Source: a bacterium
GTDB lineage: Bacteria > Zhuqueibacterota > Zhuqueibacteria > Residuimicrobiales > Krinioviventaceae
Assembly: GCA_963674595.2 (NCBI GenBank)
Contig: CAXXFV010000008.1
Coordinates: forward strand, 160,001 to 224,000
Reading direction: 5' to 3'
DNA: 64,000 nucleotides
Made by a program: the position numbers and the translations under genes. Shown in pieces: positions 27,024 to 37,718 of this stretch. The notes under the pieces are model-generated. The model was given only the letters and a program-made list of their open reading frames with translations, searched no databases and had not been told where the DNA came from. How positions within the stretch are numbered: the first letter of the stretch is position 1; each line of letters starts with the position of its first letter.

Positions 27024-28613
27024 TTAAGGTTTCCCTTGAATCCAGATCGGGCTGGACCAGGCCATGCTGCCGTTGCTTTGGATTACGCGAACATAATACC
27101 AGTCCTGTTTGTCTGAACCGTCTGTGTCTGTAAATTGAAACGTCTTTTTATATTGATCACTAAAAGCCAGCCGATGGATCATAACCGATTCGGATGTAAA
27201 CGGACCGGTAAAAAATATGTCATTGGATTTGGCCAGTTCTGCCAGGGTTTTGGTTATTTCCATTTCCGCAGGTTCTTTGAGTTTGATTTTTACAACAGAT
27301 TCCGGTTTTCCCTGAATAGCCAAAACAACACTGTTGGCCGCATGTTCTTCAAATGCCTGCTTTCGAGATGTGTAGGATTGCACATGATACTTGTTTTTAT
27401 CGATCTGTAAAAGTTTATTGCGCCGGTTTTCATCAAAAGGTCCCGATTGCCAGCAGGGGGTTGCATCAACAATGTCTGCATTGTTCGTGAGGACATCAAA
27501 ATCCCAGTCACATATACGTGCCATAGACAGATCGCCCCAGGGGCCCCAGCCAAATTCGATGCGCAGCAGCACAGGTTCGTCCCAGCATTGCGGTTCCTGA
27601 ATGTTGCTATCGATAGGGTGTTCGCGGTGAATGACCTGGTTGTTACGAAGCACTTCAATGCGGTCGATGACGCCTTTACCTTCAACGTTTACATAAAGAT
27701 CACGGGAATTTGTATAGTCCAGAATTTCACCCATATAATGACCGTTGAGTTGAAAATCCAGTAAAATACGGTCAGCGCTTACACCATAGGTCCTGCGGGC
27801 TTTGATGGCCTCGATAATACCTTCACGCGTGAGTGTGTCCGCCCAAACTGCGGCCAGACCTTCACCATAGGCGCCCGGAAATCCGAGATGGTCATCCGTA
27901 CTGCCGATGACACCGGCAACATGGCCTGTAGACCAAAATGCCTGTAAAGTATTGGGATAATATCTGCCGCTCATACTGTGACGGATATATCGACCAGGCG
28001 ATAGTATGGATTCCGCGTTTCCATGTTCTGAAAAAATTTCCACAACCGGCGAAAGAGACGTATCAACCGACGCCCAGTTTTGCCCCCGCCAGTCTTGTTT
28101 ATACCCAGGGTGGTGCGGAATGACTAGCGCTCCGGTTTCTCTGGCATATTTGTGCAGTTCATCAATTGTTTTAAAACTGATCAGTTTGGCATCTGAACCC
28201 GGAAAGACAAGGTGAGAATCGCCCCATTCGCTGGAATGGAATTCGTAACCAATAAACGGCACAAATTTACCGGGCTTGTAGGTGCTGTTTGCCATTTCTT
28301 TGATATTGTCCCAATTTTTTCTTGTGACCTCAAAACCGTTAACCCATTTCATATGTTTGTTTTGCGGCATAATGGGCATATCCGGCCACATGGAATGGGG
28401 AGTAAAACAATAAAAATCCAAATGGCTTTGAGCAATATCATAACTGCGTTCCAAAGAACCTTTTGCATAACCCACAGCGTTATGGTTATGCAGGTCTCCC
28501 CAGTAAAGTTTTTTTGTTGTCGGCTTCATGTTTATTCCGGTTTTTGTTTGACAATTTGAAATTATCAGGCACATAAGGCACAGTGCCATGCAGGTTAATT
28601 TAAATTTTTTCAT
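27024..28613 (-). CDS. PHP-like metallohydrolase lipoprotein (DUF3604/CehA-McbA-like)
   Basis: Lipobox IISNC; YWGDLHNH, GYEF, IPHHPGY, VEIFSEHG, GSTDDH; C-terminal YYVRVIQSNGSMAWSSPIW. Confidence 0.8.
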   Translation of the reverse strand: MKKFKLTCMALCLMCLIISNCQTKTGINMKPTTKKLYWGDLHNHNAVGYAKGSLERSYDIAQSHLDFYCFTPHSMWPDMPIMPQNKHMKWVNGFEVTRKNWDNIKEMANSTYKPGKFVPFIGYEFHSSEWGDSHLVFPGSDAKLISFKTIDELHKYARETGALVIPHHPGYKQDWRGQNWASVDTSLSPVVEIFSEHGNAESILSPGRYIRHSMSGRYYPNTLQAFWSTGHVAGVIGSTDDHLGFPGAYGEGLAAVWADTLTREGIIEAIKARRTYGVSADRILLDFQLNGHYMGEILDYTNSRDLYVNVEGKGVIDRIEVLRNNQVIHREHPIDSNIQEPQCWDEPVLLRIEFGWGPWGDLSMARICDWDFDVLTNNADIVDATPCWQSGPFDENRRNKLLQIDKNKYHVQSYTSRKQAFEEHAANSVVLAIQGKPESVVKIKLKEPAEMEITKTLAELAKSNDIFFTGPFTSESVMIHRLAFSDQYKKTFQFTDTDGSDKQDWYYVRVIQSNGSMAWSSPIWIQGKP

Positions 28614-28639
28614 AACTTCTCCATGGCGAAAATTTTTCG

Positions 28640-29629
28640 TTAATTGATTTTTACGGGACAGCCGTTTTCAGCTTTACTTTTGTCGGCGGCGTCCATAAAC
28701 TCAAATATATTTATTGTTTCCTGTTGTGAAACAGGCGCTTTTTTTGTTTTAAAAAATGTGATGATTTGTTGTAATAAAGGCGTATAAAGAGAACCATTAC
28801 CCGGTGTTACATATTTCGTACCCTTTTCAAAAAATATTGTAGCGCCGTATCCATGCCCGCCATCTCGTGTTCCGCGAAAAGTCCCGATCCTGCCGTCTTC
28901 CCAGATTCCGGTGACGACATCGGTGTCTTTTGTGGTGGTGCGAGACACGGTTTTACATCCGGCACCCATCACTGTAAATAAAGTTTCAACACCGTGTATA
29001 CCATACCAGAACAGATCAGGATGGTGTGGTTCAAATTTACAGGGACTAAAGGCATCGCACCCTAAAATTTTACCAAGTGATTTATCATTTAATACATCCT
29101 GCAGCTCTTTAAAATAGCGCAAACTGGAAGAACTAAAACACGGTACACCGTCCTCTTTGGCCAGTTTAAATATTTCTTTAACATCTGCCAGAGACCCTCC
29201 CATCGGTTTATCGATAAAAACCGGTTTTTTCGCTTTAATGACCGGCTTAACCTGCTCCAAATGGACACGGCCATCCACACTGGTTAAAATTACAGCATCT
29301 ACTTTGGTCAGTAAGGTTTCAATGTCATTTACAATTTCAACCTTAAGCTCATCTCGGATTTGGGCTGTAAATTTGTCCACACGACTAAAACTGGCCTCAA
29401 CATCCGGGCTGCCCCCCGGGTAGGCACAAACAATCTTTCCCCCTGGGACATAATTTTCATCTGTTGTAAAATTTAATGCTTTAACAAAGGCGGGTGCGTG
29501 CGATGTATCGAGTCCGATAAGGCCTATTTTTATAGGCTCATCGGCTGCCTTGAGATTTTGAACAATAACAGCGCATGAAATGATGCAGGTTAACAGGCAG
29601 AAAAACTCTTTCATTTTTTTCCCTTTCAA
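28640..29629 (-). CDS. Gfo/Idh/MocA-family oxidoreductase with Sec-type signal peptide (likely start 29614)
   Basis: IKIGLIGLDTSHAPAF, KPVFIDKP, FSSSSLRY, LFWYGIHGVE. Confidence 0.88.
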   Translation of the reverse strand: MKGKKMKEFFCLLTCIISCAVIVQNLKAADEPIKIGLIGLDTSHAPAFVKALNFTTDENYVPGGKIVCAYPGGSPDVEASFSRVDKFTAQIRDELKVEIVNDIETLLTKVDAVILTSVDGRVHLEQVKPVIKAKKPVFIDKPMGGSLADVKEIFKLAKEDGVPCFSSSSLRYFKELQDVLNDKSLGKILGCDAFSPCKFEPHHPDLFWYGIHGVETLFTVMGAGCKTVSRTTTKDTDVVTGIWEDGRIGTFRGTRDGGHGYGATIFFEKGTKYVTPGNGSLYTPLLQQIITFFKTKKAPVSQQETINIFEFMDAADKSKAENGCPVKIN

Positions 29630-29723
29630 ATAGCTGTGAATTCTTTATTAAATTTAAAAAAAATGAAAGAGGAATCAATGCCTTTTTTAGAAAATTGTAA
29701 AAATTTTCTCCCGTGGATAAATT

Positions 29724-30971
29724 TTAATCACCATAAAAGAAAAGGTCGCTCATTTTACTGCCGATAAGTTCATAGCTTAATGCTTCGAGATAATCTTTAA
29801 GCAAACGGGTAATGAGGAAATTATTACGAATATGTTCTTTACCATTTTTTGCCAGATCTTTACTCAAGCTTGGGTGTTTTATAATCTCAATAACACGGTC
29901 CGCATAACCCTGAAAATCATGTGGGTCCAGCAGATAGCCGCTTTTTTCATCTTCTATTTGAAGCGGGATACCGCCGACATTTGATGCCACAACCGGTGTT
30001 TCTTTCCATAAAGCTTCGGCAACAGTTAAACCGAAACCTTCCCGGATTGATTTTTGAATAATAACAGCAGAGATACGTTGAAGTGCATTGACCAGAATAG
30101 TATTCTCATAAGTAATAAGAATTATATCTTTTGTTTCGAGCATATCATTTGCTTTTTGTTTAACTTTTTCATAAATCTGTACCCCTTCGGGATCATCCGG
30201 CGCCATGCTGCCGGCCAGTACAAGACGGCAGTCAACTTTACGTTTTACCTTTTTAAATACTTCAATAACACCTGCGGGATCTTTCCATTTATCAAATCTT
30301 GATATTTGAGTAATAATGGGTTTGTCTGTGGGAATATCTGCTTTTTTTAGCGCCTTGGCAATTTCCCGTTCCTTGAGGTCCATGTTTTTTGGAGTGAGCG
30401 GATCGATAACCGGATGAATTATTCGCTGTTTTATGGGCAAGTCAGCTTTTTTATAGTCCTGATGCGAAACAACCGCCAGATCATATTTTAAAATAAACCG
30501 TTTTAAAAAATCCCAAAGTTCGGTGTTTGGATGGGAGAGGTCAACATGACAGCGCCAGAACCAGGGTTGATTTTTTTTATAAAAATCGATTAATGGCAAA
30601 GGCTGAGGATCATGAATAATAATGGCATCATAATAGGATAATGATGCATAGGCTGAAAAGGTTTCACTTGCCTGAATATACAATTTCTTTTTAATGGATG
30701 TAAGGTGAATAGGATCACCCTGCAATGCATTGTGAAATTTTTTCGTTATATTAAACAAATCCGGTGTGCCGTGTAATATTCTCCAGTCAGCTTCCAAACC
30801 GGCGCTGTTCATGAGCGGTGTAAGACTGTTAAGCATTTCCGCAACACCGCCACCTAAAAAGGTAGAGTTGATATGCAGAATTCGTTTGTTATATAGTTTA
30901 CGTGCTTTTCTGTATATCTCGGCAATAACAGCGTCACCTACAAATTCACGATAATCTCTTACACTTTTCAT
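29724..30971 (-). CDS. treT: Trehalose glycosyltransferring synthase (TreT-like, GT4)
   Basis: HINSTFLGGGVAEML, TKKFHNALQG, IHDPQP, WRCHVD, QISRFDKWKDP, QKSIREGFGLTVAEALWK. Confidence 0.88.
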   Translation of the reverse strand: MKSVRDYREFVGDAVIAEIYRKARKLYNKRILHINSTFLGGGVAEMLNSLTPLMNSAGLEADWRILHGTPDLFNITKKFHNALQGDPIHLTSIKKKLYIQASETFSAYASLSYYDAIIIHDPQPLPLIDFYKKNQPWFWRCHVDLSHPNTELWDFLKRFILKYDLAVVSHQDYKKADLPIKQRIIHPVIDPLTPKNMDLKEREIAKALKKADIPTDKPIITQISRFDKWKDPAGVIEVFKKVKRKVDCRLVLAGSMAPDDPEGVQIYEKVKQKANDMLETKDIILITYENTILVNALQRISAVIIQKSIREGFGLTVAEALWKETPVVASNVGGIPLQIEDEKSGYLLDPHDFQGYADRVIEIIKHPSLSKDLAKNGKEHIRNNFLITRLLKDYLEALSYELIGSKMSDLFFYGD

Positions 30972-30972
30972 T

Positions 30973-33153
30973 TTAACCTTCCTTACAAAATTCGCTTAAC
31001 AATTTACGTACGTCTAGATATGAAGTCAAATTAAATCGGGCAGCAGAAGACGTGATTCCTACCTTAATCGAATAGCTGTCTTTGGGCATTACATAAAACA
31101 TATCTTCATCGGTCCGGTCATCACCCATTCCGAGGATAAAGTCCCACTCTTTTTTGTTCAGCCAGTGTTGTGCTGCACGTCCTTTATTGATTTCCACATT
31201 TTTGATTTCGATGACTTTACTTCCTTCAATAACCTGTATATCCGAGTTTTTTGTATATGTAGTCAACGTTTCTGCTAATTCCCGTGCTCTGATTTCCCCC
31301 AAACCGATATCTGCTTTTCGATAATGCCATACAAGAGAATGGTTTTTTTGTTCTACAAGTGCACCGGGTGTCCGTTCAACATATAGTTTAAGGATCGGTA
31401 ATATCTCTTCTATCCATTCCTGGTTTACACTAATATGTGAAATCCATTCCTGATTTTTTTCTTTTATTTGTGCACCGTGTTCGGAAACAATGTTTAGATT
31501 TAACTCTCCAAACCATTCCTGTAAATCTTTTTGATTACGACCGCTGATAATTACAACCTCATTTTTAGGATTTTCGGAAAGAGCCTTTATCAGTTCATAA
31601 ACCTCTTCATCGGGTTTTGCTTTTTCAGGTATATTATGAAATGGAACCAGTGTGCCGTCGTAATCAATCAACAAAAGTCTCTTTTGAGCACGGTAATAGT
31701 GTTGAATAATCTGGTTTTGGTCTTGTTTACTCAGACGATTGTTAAAAAGGTGTTTTTGATGTTCTTTTGTATGTAATAACCGATCCATAAAATCCATTAC
31801 CCATCTGATAATATCATAATGTTTTATCTTTAAATACATTTCCTGGTTTCGTTTTACTTGTTCTTCCGGAGGCATCTCCAGGGCTTGCTTAATGGCATCG
31901 GAAATCTCTTCAGTATTATTCGGATTGATAACAAGGGCTTCTCCCAGCTCAACGGCTGCACCGGCAATTTCACTGAGAACAAGTACACCTTTTTGTCTGT
32001 TTTTTACAGCAATAAATTCTTTGGCAATTAAATTCATTCCATCCCGAAAGGGCGTTACCAAGGCAACATCTGATATATGGTAGAGAGCGGTTAACCTGTT
32101 AAATGAAAAAGCTTTATAAATATACCAGATAGGTGTCCAGCCGATTTTCCCGTGTTCGCCGTTAATTCGGCCTACCATTTCATCAAGTTGTTGCTTTAAT
32201 TGTTTATAACTTTCCACCTTTGACCGGGACGGTACGGCAATCAAAATGAGTCTGACTTTTTCAACATATTCAGGATTTTTGTGCAGGAACTGATGAAATG
32301 CTTCCAATCGTTGTAATATTCCTTTGGTATAGTCCAGCCGGTCAATGGAAAGAATTATTTTTTCTTTACCGAGTTGTTTGGATAATTTTTTAATTTCTCT
32401 TTTTACTTCAGGTCTTTTCGGCGCTTCCGCATACCTTTTATAATCAATACCCATTGGAAAACAGTCCATGCGGGTAATTCGATTGTTGTGATGAATTCGG
32501 TTGAGCGATATTTCGTGCCCAAAAAGTCGAGAAACAGCACTCATACAGTGACGTGTATAATCAAATGTATGGAATCCGACAAGGTCCGCACCTAAAAGTC
32601 CGTTAAGCAATTGTTTTCGCCAGGGTAAACTGCGAAAAATTTCAAAAGATGGAAACGGGATATGCAGAAAAAATCCGATAGAAACGTCCGGCGCATGTTG
32701 GCGTAACATGTGAGGAAGCAGCATCAGGTGGTAATCATGAATCCATATAATATCATCAGGCCTTAAATGTTTTAAAATTATATTACAAAATTGTTTATTG
32801 ACCTTTTGATAAGCTTGCCAATAAGTTTTATTGTATTCGGTATATTCTGTAAAATAATGAAACAGAGGCCAGATTGTTTTATTGCTGAATCCTTCATAGT
32901 ATTTTTCAATTTCTTCCTTACCAAGAAAAACAGGGTGCATGTTTTTAGTAGCAAGTATGTCGTTTATCTCTTTTTTGTCTTTTTCAAGGGTAGTACGATA
33001 TCCGGGCCAGCCGATCCATAGTGTATCCAGTGTTTTGTATAAAGATGACAAACCGGTTGCCAGCCCGCCGGTACTGATATTATAAAATAATTTTTCTCCT
33101 CTTTTATGAAAACTAACAGGTAATCGATTTGATACGATGAGTAAACGTTGCAT
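30973..33153 (-). CDS. otsAB: Bifunctional trehalose-6-phosphate synthase/phosphatase (OtsA-OtsB fusion, GT20 + HAD)
   Basis: IVSNRLP, GGLATGL, WIHDYHL, FLHIPFP, DRLDYTKG, RDGMNLIAKE; HAD domain DYDGTL, GDDRTDEDMF. Start at ATG 33153 (MQRLL). Confidence 0.93.
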   Translation of the reverse strand: MQRLLIVSNRLPVSFHKRGEKLFYNISTGGLATGLSSLYKTLDTLWIGWPGYRTTLEKDKKEINDILATKNMHPVFLGKEEIEKYYEGFSNKTIWPLFHYFTEYTEYNKTYWQAYQKVNKQFCNIILKHLRPDDIIWIHDYHLMLLPHMLRQHAPDVSIGFFLHIPFPSFEIFRSLPWRKQLLNGLLGADLVGFHTFDYTRHCMSAVSRLFGHEISLNRIHHNNRITRMDCFPMGIDYKRYAEAPKRPEVKREIKKLSKQLGKEKIILSIDRLDYTKGILQRLEAFHQFLHKNPEYVEKVRLILIAVPSRSKVESYKQLKQQLDEMVGRINGEHGKIGWTPIWYIYKAFSFNRLTALYHISDVALVTPFRDGMNLIAKEFIAVKNRQKGVLVLSEIAGAAVELGEALVINPNNTEEISDAIKQALEMPPEEQVKRNQEMYLKIKHYDIIRWVMDFMDRLLHTKEHQKHLFNNRLSKQDQNQIIQHYYRAQKRLLLIDYDGTLVPFHNIPEKAKPDEEVYELIKALSENPKNEVVIISGRNQKDLQEWFGELNLNIVSEHGAQIKEKNQEWISHISVNQEWIEEILPILKLYVERTPGALVEQKNHSLVWHYRKADIGLGEIRARELAETLTTYTKNSDIQVIEGSKVIEIKNVEINKGRAAQHWLNKKEWDFILGMGDDRTDEDMFYVMPKDSYSIKVGITSSAARFNLTSYLDVRKLLSEFCKEG

Positions 33154-33252
33154 AAATATCCTTTTACATATTATTTTTATAATACTTAACAAGATAATGA
33201 GCAATAAATTCCATGTTTATGTAATGGCAGGACAATTTGGGGAAAAAGCGGC

Positions 33253-33281
33253 AAAAAAAAAGCCCGCATAAAAGCGGGCTT
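33253..33281 (-). terminator. Rho-independent terminator after the SSS transporter
   Basis: Minus-strand AAGCCCGC-TTTTAT-GCGGGCTT running into a long U tract. Confidence 0.8.
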
Positions 33282-33286
33282 GTATT

Positions 33287-34916
33287 TTAAGCAGATGCTA
33301 TGACAAGGGGTGAGAAATAAATGAGGATAAGAGCTATGATAATAATAACAATGATCGACAAGATAGCATCTTTATAGTTCCAACTGGCACGTGAGGCTGC
33401 TTTATCTTCTGCCATTGTTGTTGAATAGGTTAGTCCTTTTAATTGTTCCAGAGACGGCATTTTTGTCAACATACTTACGATAATCATAAGTGCAATACAG
33501 ACCAGGAACAAGTATACACAAAAGTATAAAAAGTTTACATCAGCAAAGGTAAGCAGCCAGCCGCTAAGGTGTTCTTTGTTTAACTCTAAAATAAGCCTGG
33601 CCTGGCCGATAATAAATCCACCGACAAGCGCTGTAAGCGCTCCTGCTGAAATTAATTCTTTTCCAGAATAAACCAAGAAGGAATACGGCCGCAATCGGAG
33701 GGGCAATATAGGCCTGTACACTTTGCAGATAATGATACAATTCACCGGAGATAAATTTCATTAACGGAATCCATGCGATACCGAGAATAACAACAATACC
33801 GGTGGCAACCCGTCCGACGTTTACAAGTTTTTTCTCAGGTGTATCCGGACGTAATTTTTTGTAAATGTCTATTGTAAAAAGCGTTGAACATGAATTAAAA
33901 ACGGCCGCTAATGAGCTCATAAGAGCTGCTAATAGTCCGCCTGTTACCAAACCACGAATACCTGTGGGAAGCAGTGCTTTTACCATAGCGGGAAAAGCCA
34001 TGTCCGGTTTGTCGAGTTGTAATTGACCTGTTTTTGCCAATGCATAAGCTATGATGCCGGGTATAATAAAAATGAAAAAAGGTAACAGTTTTAAATAACC
34101 GGCAAAAATAGTACCTCTGCGGGCCTGCTGTTCATCGCGGCCTGCCAGGGCACGTTGAACAATATACTGGTCCGTACACCAATACCAGATACCAACAATG
34201 GGTGGCGCCAGTACCATGCCCAACCATGGAAAGTCAGGATGGTCCATGGGTAAAAATAAATTCATTCTTTCTGCCCCTGCAACAGCTACGAGATTGTCCC
34301 ATCCTCCGATTTTTATCAATCCCATTACCGTGATCGTAACGGAGCCGATAATTAAGATTATAGCCTGCAAACTTTCCGTATAAACCACGGCTCGCAATCC
34401 TCCAAGCACGGTATAGATACCTGTAAGGACAACGATGATGAGCGCGCCTGTCCAAAATTCAATTCCCATTAATGTTTGAAAAACAACAGCCCCGGCATAT
34501 ACAGTAACGGAAACTTTGGTTAAAATATAGCCAACCAGGGAGATTAAGGATAAAAACCAGCGGGCGGCCGGAGAGTAACGCAGTTCCAAAAATTCCGGCA
34601 TGGTAAAGACTTTGGACCGCATATAAAACGGAACAAAAACCCAGCCCAGTAACAAAACGCACCATGCATGTAATTCATAATGCGACATAGCCACGCCGCT
34701 TTTGGCTGCCGTGCCGGCGAGGCCGACAATGTGTTCCGAACCGATGTTGGATGCAAAAATAGAAGCACCGATTACAAACCATCCGACATGTCTGCCTGCT
34801 AAAAAATAATCCGCTGAGGTATCTTGTCTTTGTCGAATGACCCACCATGCAATTCCAAGAATCACCGTGAAATACAACGCAACGACGATCCAGTCGATTG
34901 ATGTAAATAACGCCAT
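33287..34916 (-). CDS. Sodium:solute symporter (SGLT-like sugar cotransporter); +1 frameshift near 33650
   Basis: YFLAGR, ASNIGSEH, TMPEFLELRY, GGLRAVVYT, WYWCTDQYIVQRAL, AALMSSL. The C-terminus continues in ORF 33287-33745 (RIN|SAGALTALVGG). Confidence 0.9.
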
Positions 34917-35077
34917 TTTTAATTTCCTTCTCTCATGAGTTAAGTATTTATGTGATCTTCAATTTTTGCGGAATTTTTCTTATGTCAAAATTGGGAGAGG
35001 TTCTAAATAAAAATGTTTTTTCTATTTTGCAAATATAAAAATTTTGATTTAATAACGCAAAATGTATTTAAAATTTC

Positions 35078-35105
35078 TTGACATTAAAATAAATCTTTAT
35101 AACTT
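35078..35105 (+). promoter_or_regulatory. Candidate sigma70 promoter for the TIM-barrel / MFS operon
   Basis: TTGACA-N16-TAACTT. Confidence 0.4.
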
Positions 35106-35277
35106 AAATAGATTTAATTTTTTTAAAAAATTTACCTTCCGGTTTTTAATATGAATTTTCAGACTTTCCGCTTGCCTTGCCGAGATATTATCTGTTTTTT
35201 AGATATTTTTGATAGAATTATGATTTATATCGATTTTTTATTTTAAAAATAAAAGGGATAATTGAACATTATGAGGT

Positions 35278-36123
35278 GTGGACAATATGACTTTTACAGG
35301 TTTTAATTTTTTAAATCGGATTTGGTGGGTCTTTTTTTTAGTGATAATTAGTACATTTATGTTCTGCACAGATAAAAAACAAACACAGGAACCATTTAAA
35401 TTGGGGGCACAAAGCTATTCTTTACGGGCTTTTTCTGTCCAGGAAGCTATTGTTGATTTGGATAGTTTGGGGTTTAAGTATGTCGAAATTTATCCGGGTC
35501 ATTTCCCTGTTGAAAGCGCTCCGGAAGAAAAAGCAGCCCTGAAGAAACTTTTAGCAGAACATGATATTAAATTTACTGCCTATGGTGTGGTTGATTTTAA
35601 GGAAAGCGAACAAGTCGCCCGAACTTATTTCGAGTTTGCTAAAGAAATGGGGATAGAGGTCCTGTCGGTAAATCCAACAGCTAAAGAACTCGACTTTTTG
35701 GAAAGTTTGGTTAAAGAGTTTGATATTAAAGTCGCCATTCATAACCACGGGCCAAATTCACGCTATGATACTTTGCAAAGTGTTTTGGATGCTGTTAAAA
35801 ATCGGGATATGCGGATCGGCGCCTGTATAGACACCGGGCATTTTATGCGATCTGATGAAGACCCTGTAAATTGTGCCATACAACTTGCCGATCGGACCCA
35901 TCTAGTACATTTAAAAGATATTAAAATATTTCCGGACAAAAAGGTTTTTACCATACAGGGAGAAGGTGATATGGATATGCCTTCTTTTTTCAAGGCCCTT
36001 GAAAAAATTGGTTATAACGGCCCGTTATCTCTTGAATACGAAGAAAACAAGGAAAACCCTGTTCCGGATATGGAAATTTGTGTAAAAAATATAAAAGCAG
36101 CTATCAGTCAAATTGGTGTATAA
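35278..36123 (+). CDS. Sugar phosphate isomerase/epimerase (AP_endonuc_2 TIM barrel), probable lipoprotein
   Basis: LGAQSYSLR, AIHNHGP, CIDTGHF, VHLKD, LSLEYE metal-binding motifs; hydrophobic N-terminus ending FMFC. Confidence 0.85.
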   Translation: MDNMTFTGFNFLNRIWWVFFLVIISTFMFCTDKKQTQEPFKLGAQSYSLRAFSVQEAIVDLDSLGFKYVEIYPGHFPVESAPEEKAALKKLLAEHDIKFTAYGVVDFKESEQVARTYFEFAKEMGIEVLSVNPTAKELDFLESLVKEFDIKVAIHNHGPNSRYDTLQSVLDAVKNRDMRIGACIDTGHFMRSDEDPVNCAIQLADRTHLVHLKDIKIFPDKKVFTIQGEGDMDMPSFFKALEKIGYNGPLSLEYEENKENPVPDMEICVKNIKAAISQIGV

Positions 36124-36160
36124 ATATTAATTATAAAATCACTAATAAAGGAGGCTTGAC

Positions 36161-37675
36161 ATGGTAGGGAAAAATTTGCAGGATATGGATTCAAAAAGCA
36201 TTTCCTGGCTTTTTTGGACATGCTTTATTGCACTGGTTGCAACGTCCTTTGGTTTTATTATTCGGGCGCAAATAATTGGTGATTTGCAGGTACATTTTAA
36301 TTTGAGCGAAACACAAAAGGGAGAGATACTTGGTGTGGGACTTTGGCCTTTTTCATTGAGTATTGTACTTTTCAGCCTCGTAATTGATAAAATCGGTTAC
36401 GGACGTGCTCTTATTTTTGCTTTTATCTGCCATTTTGTGTCGGCAATTATTACCATTTTTGCAAGCGGATATACCATGCTTTATGTCGGTACATTTATTC
36501 TGGCATTGGGCAATGGTACTGTTGAAGCCGTTATTAATCCTGTTGTTGCCACTGTTTTTTCCAAGGATAAAACCAAGTGGCTGAACATTTTACACGCCGG
36601 TTGGCCGGGCGGTATGGTGTTGGGAGGATTATTGATTTTGATTTTAATTCCCAATTTAGCCTGGCAGTGGAAAGTCGGTTTGATTTTAATTCCAACACTT
36701 GTATACGGATTGATGATGCTTCGTGCGCAATTCCCGGTACACGAACGTGTTAAAGCCGGAATTCCCTATAAAGTCATGCTTCAGGAAGCCGGTATTGTTG
36801 GTGCTGTTATTGTTGTCTCTATTATGATTGCAGAAATAGGCCGAATTTTTCAATGGTCTTTAACCGCAGAAATTATTGTTGCGGCTCTGTTAATCATTTC
36901 TTACGGACTTTATGTTCGTTCACTGGGACAACCGTTATTTATCTTTTTATTATTGGTCATGATTCCTCTTGCCACAACAGAATTGGGTACGGACAGTTGG
37001 ATCACTGATTTGGTTAATCCGGTTATGAGCAAAATTGGAATTCAGGCCGGCTGGGTTTTGGTTTATACGGCCTTTTTGATGATGATATTAAGATTTTCAG
37101 CAGGTCCTATCATTCATCGTTTAAAACCCCTGGGTTTGTTGGCAATGAGCAGTATTATCGCAATTATAGGACTGATCTTTTTATCAAAGACAGCCGGAAT
37201 TTTAATTTTTGTTGCCGCTACGGTTTATGCTTTGGGAAAGACATTTTTCTGGCCCACCATGCTCGGTGTTGTAGCGGAACGTTTTCCAAAAGGCGGTGCT
37301 TTGACATTAAATACCATTGCCGGTGTCGGTATGTTAAGCGTTGGCGTTATTGGTGCAGCTTTTCTGGGAAATATTCAGGATAAACATATCGACAAACAAT
37401 TGAGCGAGCAGCATCCGGCAATTTACCAGCAGATAGTCGGCGAAGAAAAAACCAGTGTTTTTGGCCATTATAATTCAATAAATCAGGATAAAATCGCACA
37501 GCTTGATGATGCCGGGAAAAATATTATTGCTGATGCAAGCTCTTCGGCAAAAAAGAATGCTTTAATGACGGTGGCGATTTTTCCGGCAATTATGTTGTTT
37601 TGTTATATAATACTAATACTTTATTTCCGCTCAAAGGGCGGGTATAAAGCCGTTCATCTTGAGCAGAACGAATAA
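36161..37675 (+). CDS. MFS transporter
   Basis: About 12 TM segments; IDKIGYGR, GNGTVEAVINP, LHAGWPGG, TELGTDSWI, FWPTMLG. Confidence 0.88.
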   Translation: MVGKNLQDMDSKSISWLFWTCFIALVATSFGFIIRAQIIGDLQVHFNLSETQKGEILGVGLWPFSLSIVLFSLVIDKIGYGRALIFAFICHFVSAIITIFASGYTMLYVGTFILALGNGTVEAVINPVVATVFSKDKTKWLNILHAGWPGGMVLGGLLILILIPNLAWQWKVGLILIPTLVYGLMMLRAQFPVHERVKAGIPYKVMLQEAGIVGAVIVVSIMIAEIGRIFQWSLTAEIIVAALLIISYGLYVRSLGQPLFIFLLLVMIPLATTELGTDSWITDLVNPVMSKIGIQAGWVLVYTAFLMMILRFSAGPIIHRLKPLGLLAMSSIIAIIGLIFLSKTAGILIFVAATVYALGKTFFWPTMLGVVAERFPKGGALTLNTIAGVGMLSVGVIGAAFLGNIQDKHIDKQLSEQHPAIYQQIVGEEKTSVFGHYNSINQDKIAQLDDAGKNIIADASSSAKKNALMTVAIFPAIMLFCYIILILYFRSKGGYKAVHLEQNE

Positions 37676-37718
37676 TATAAATAAATAATTACAGATAATG
37701 GATTACTAAGGAGTTGAG

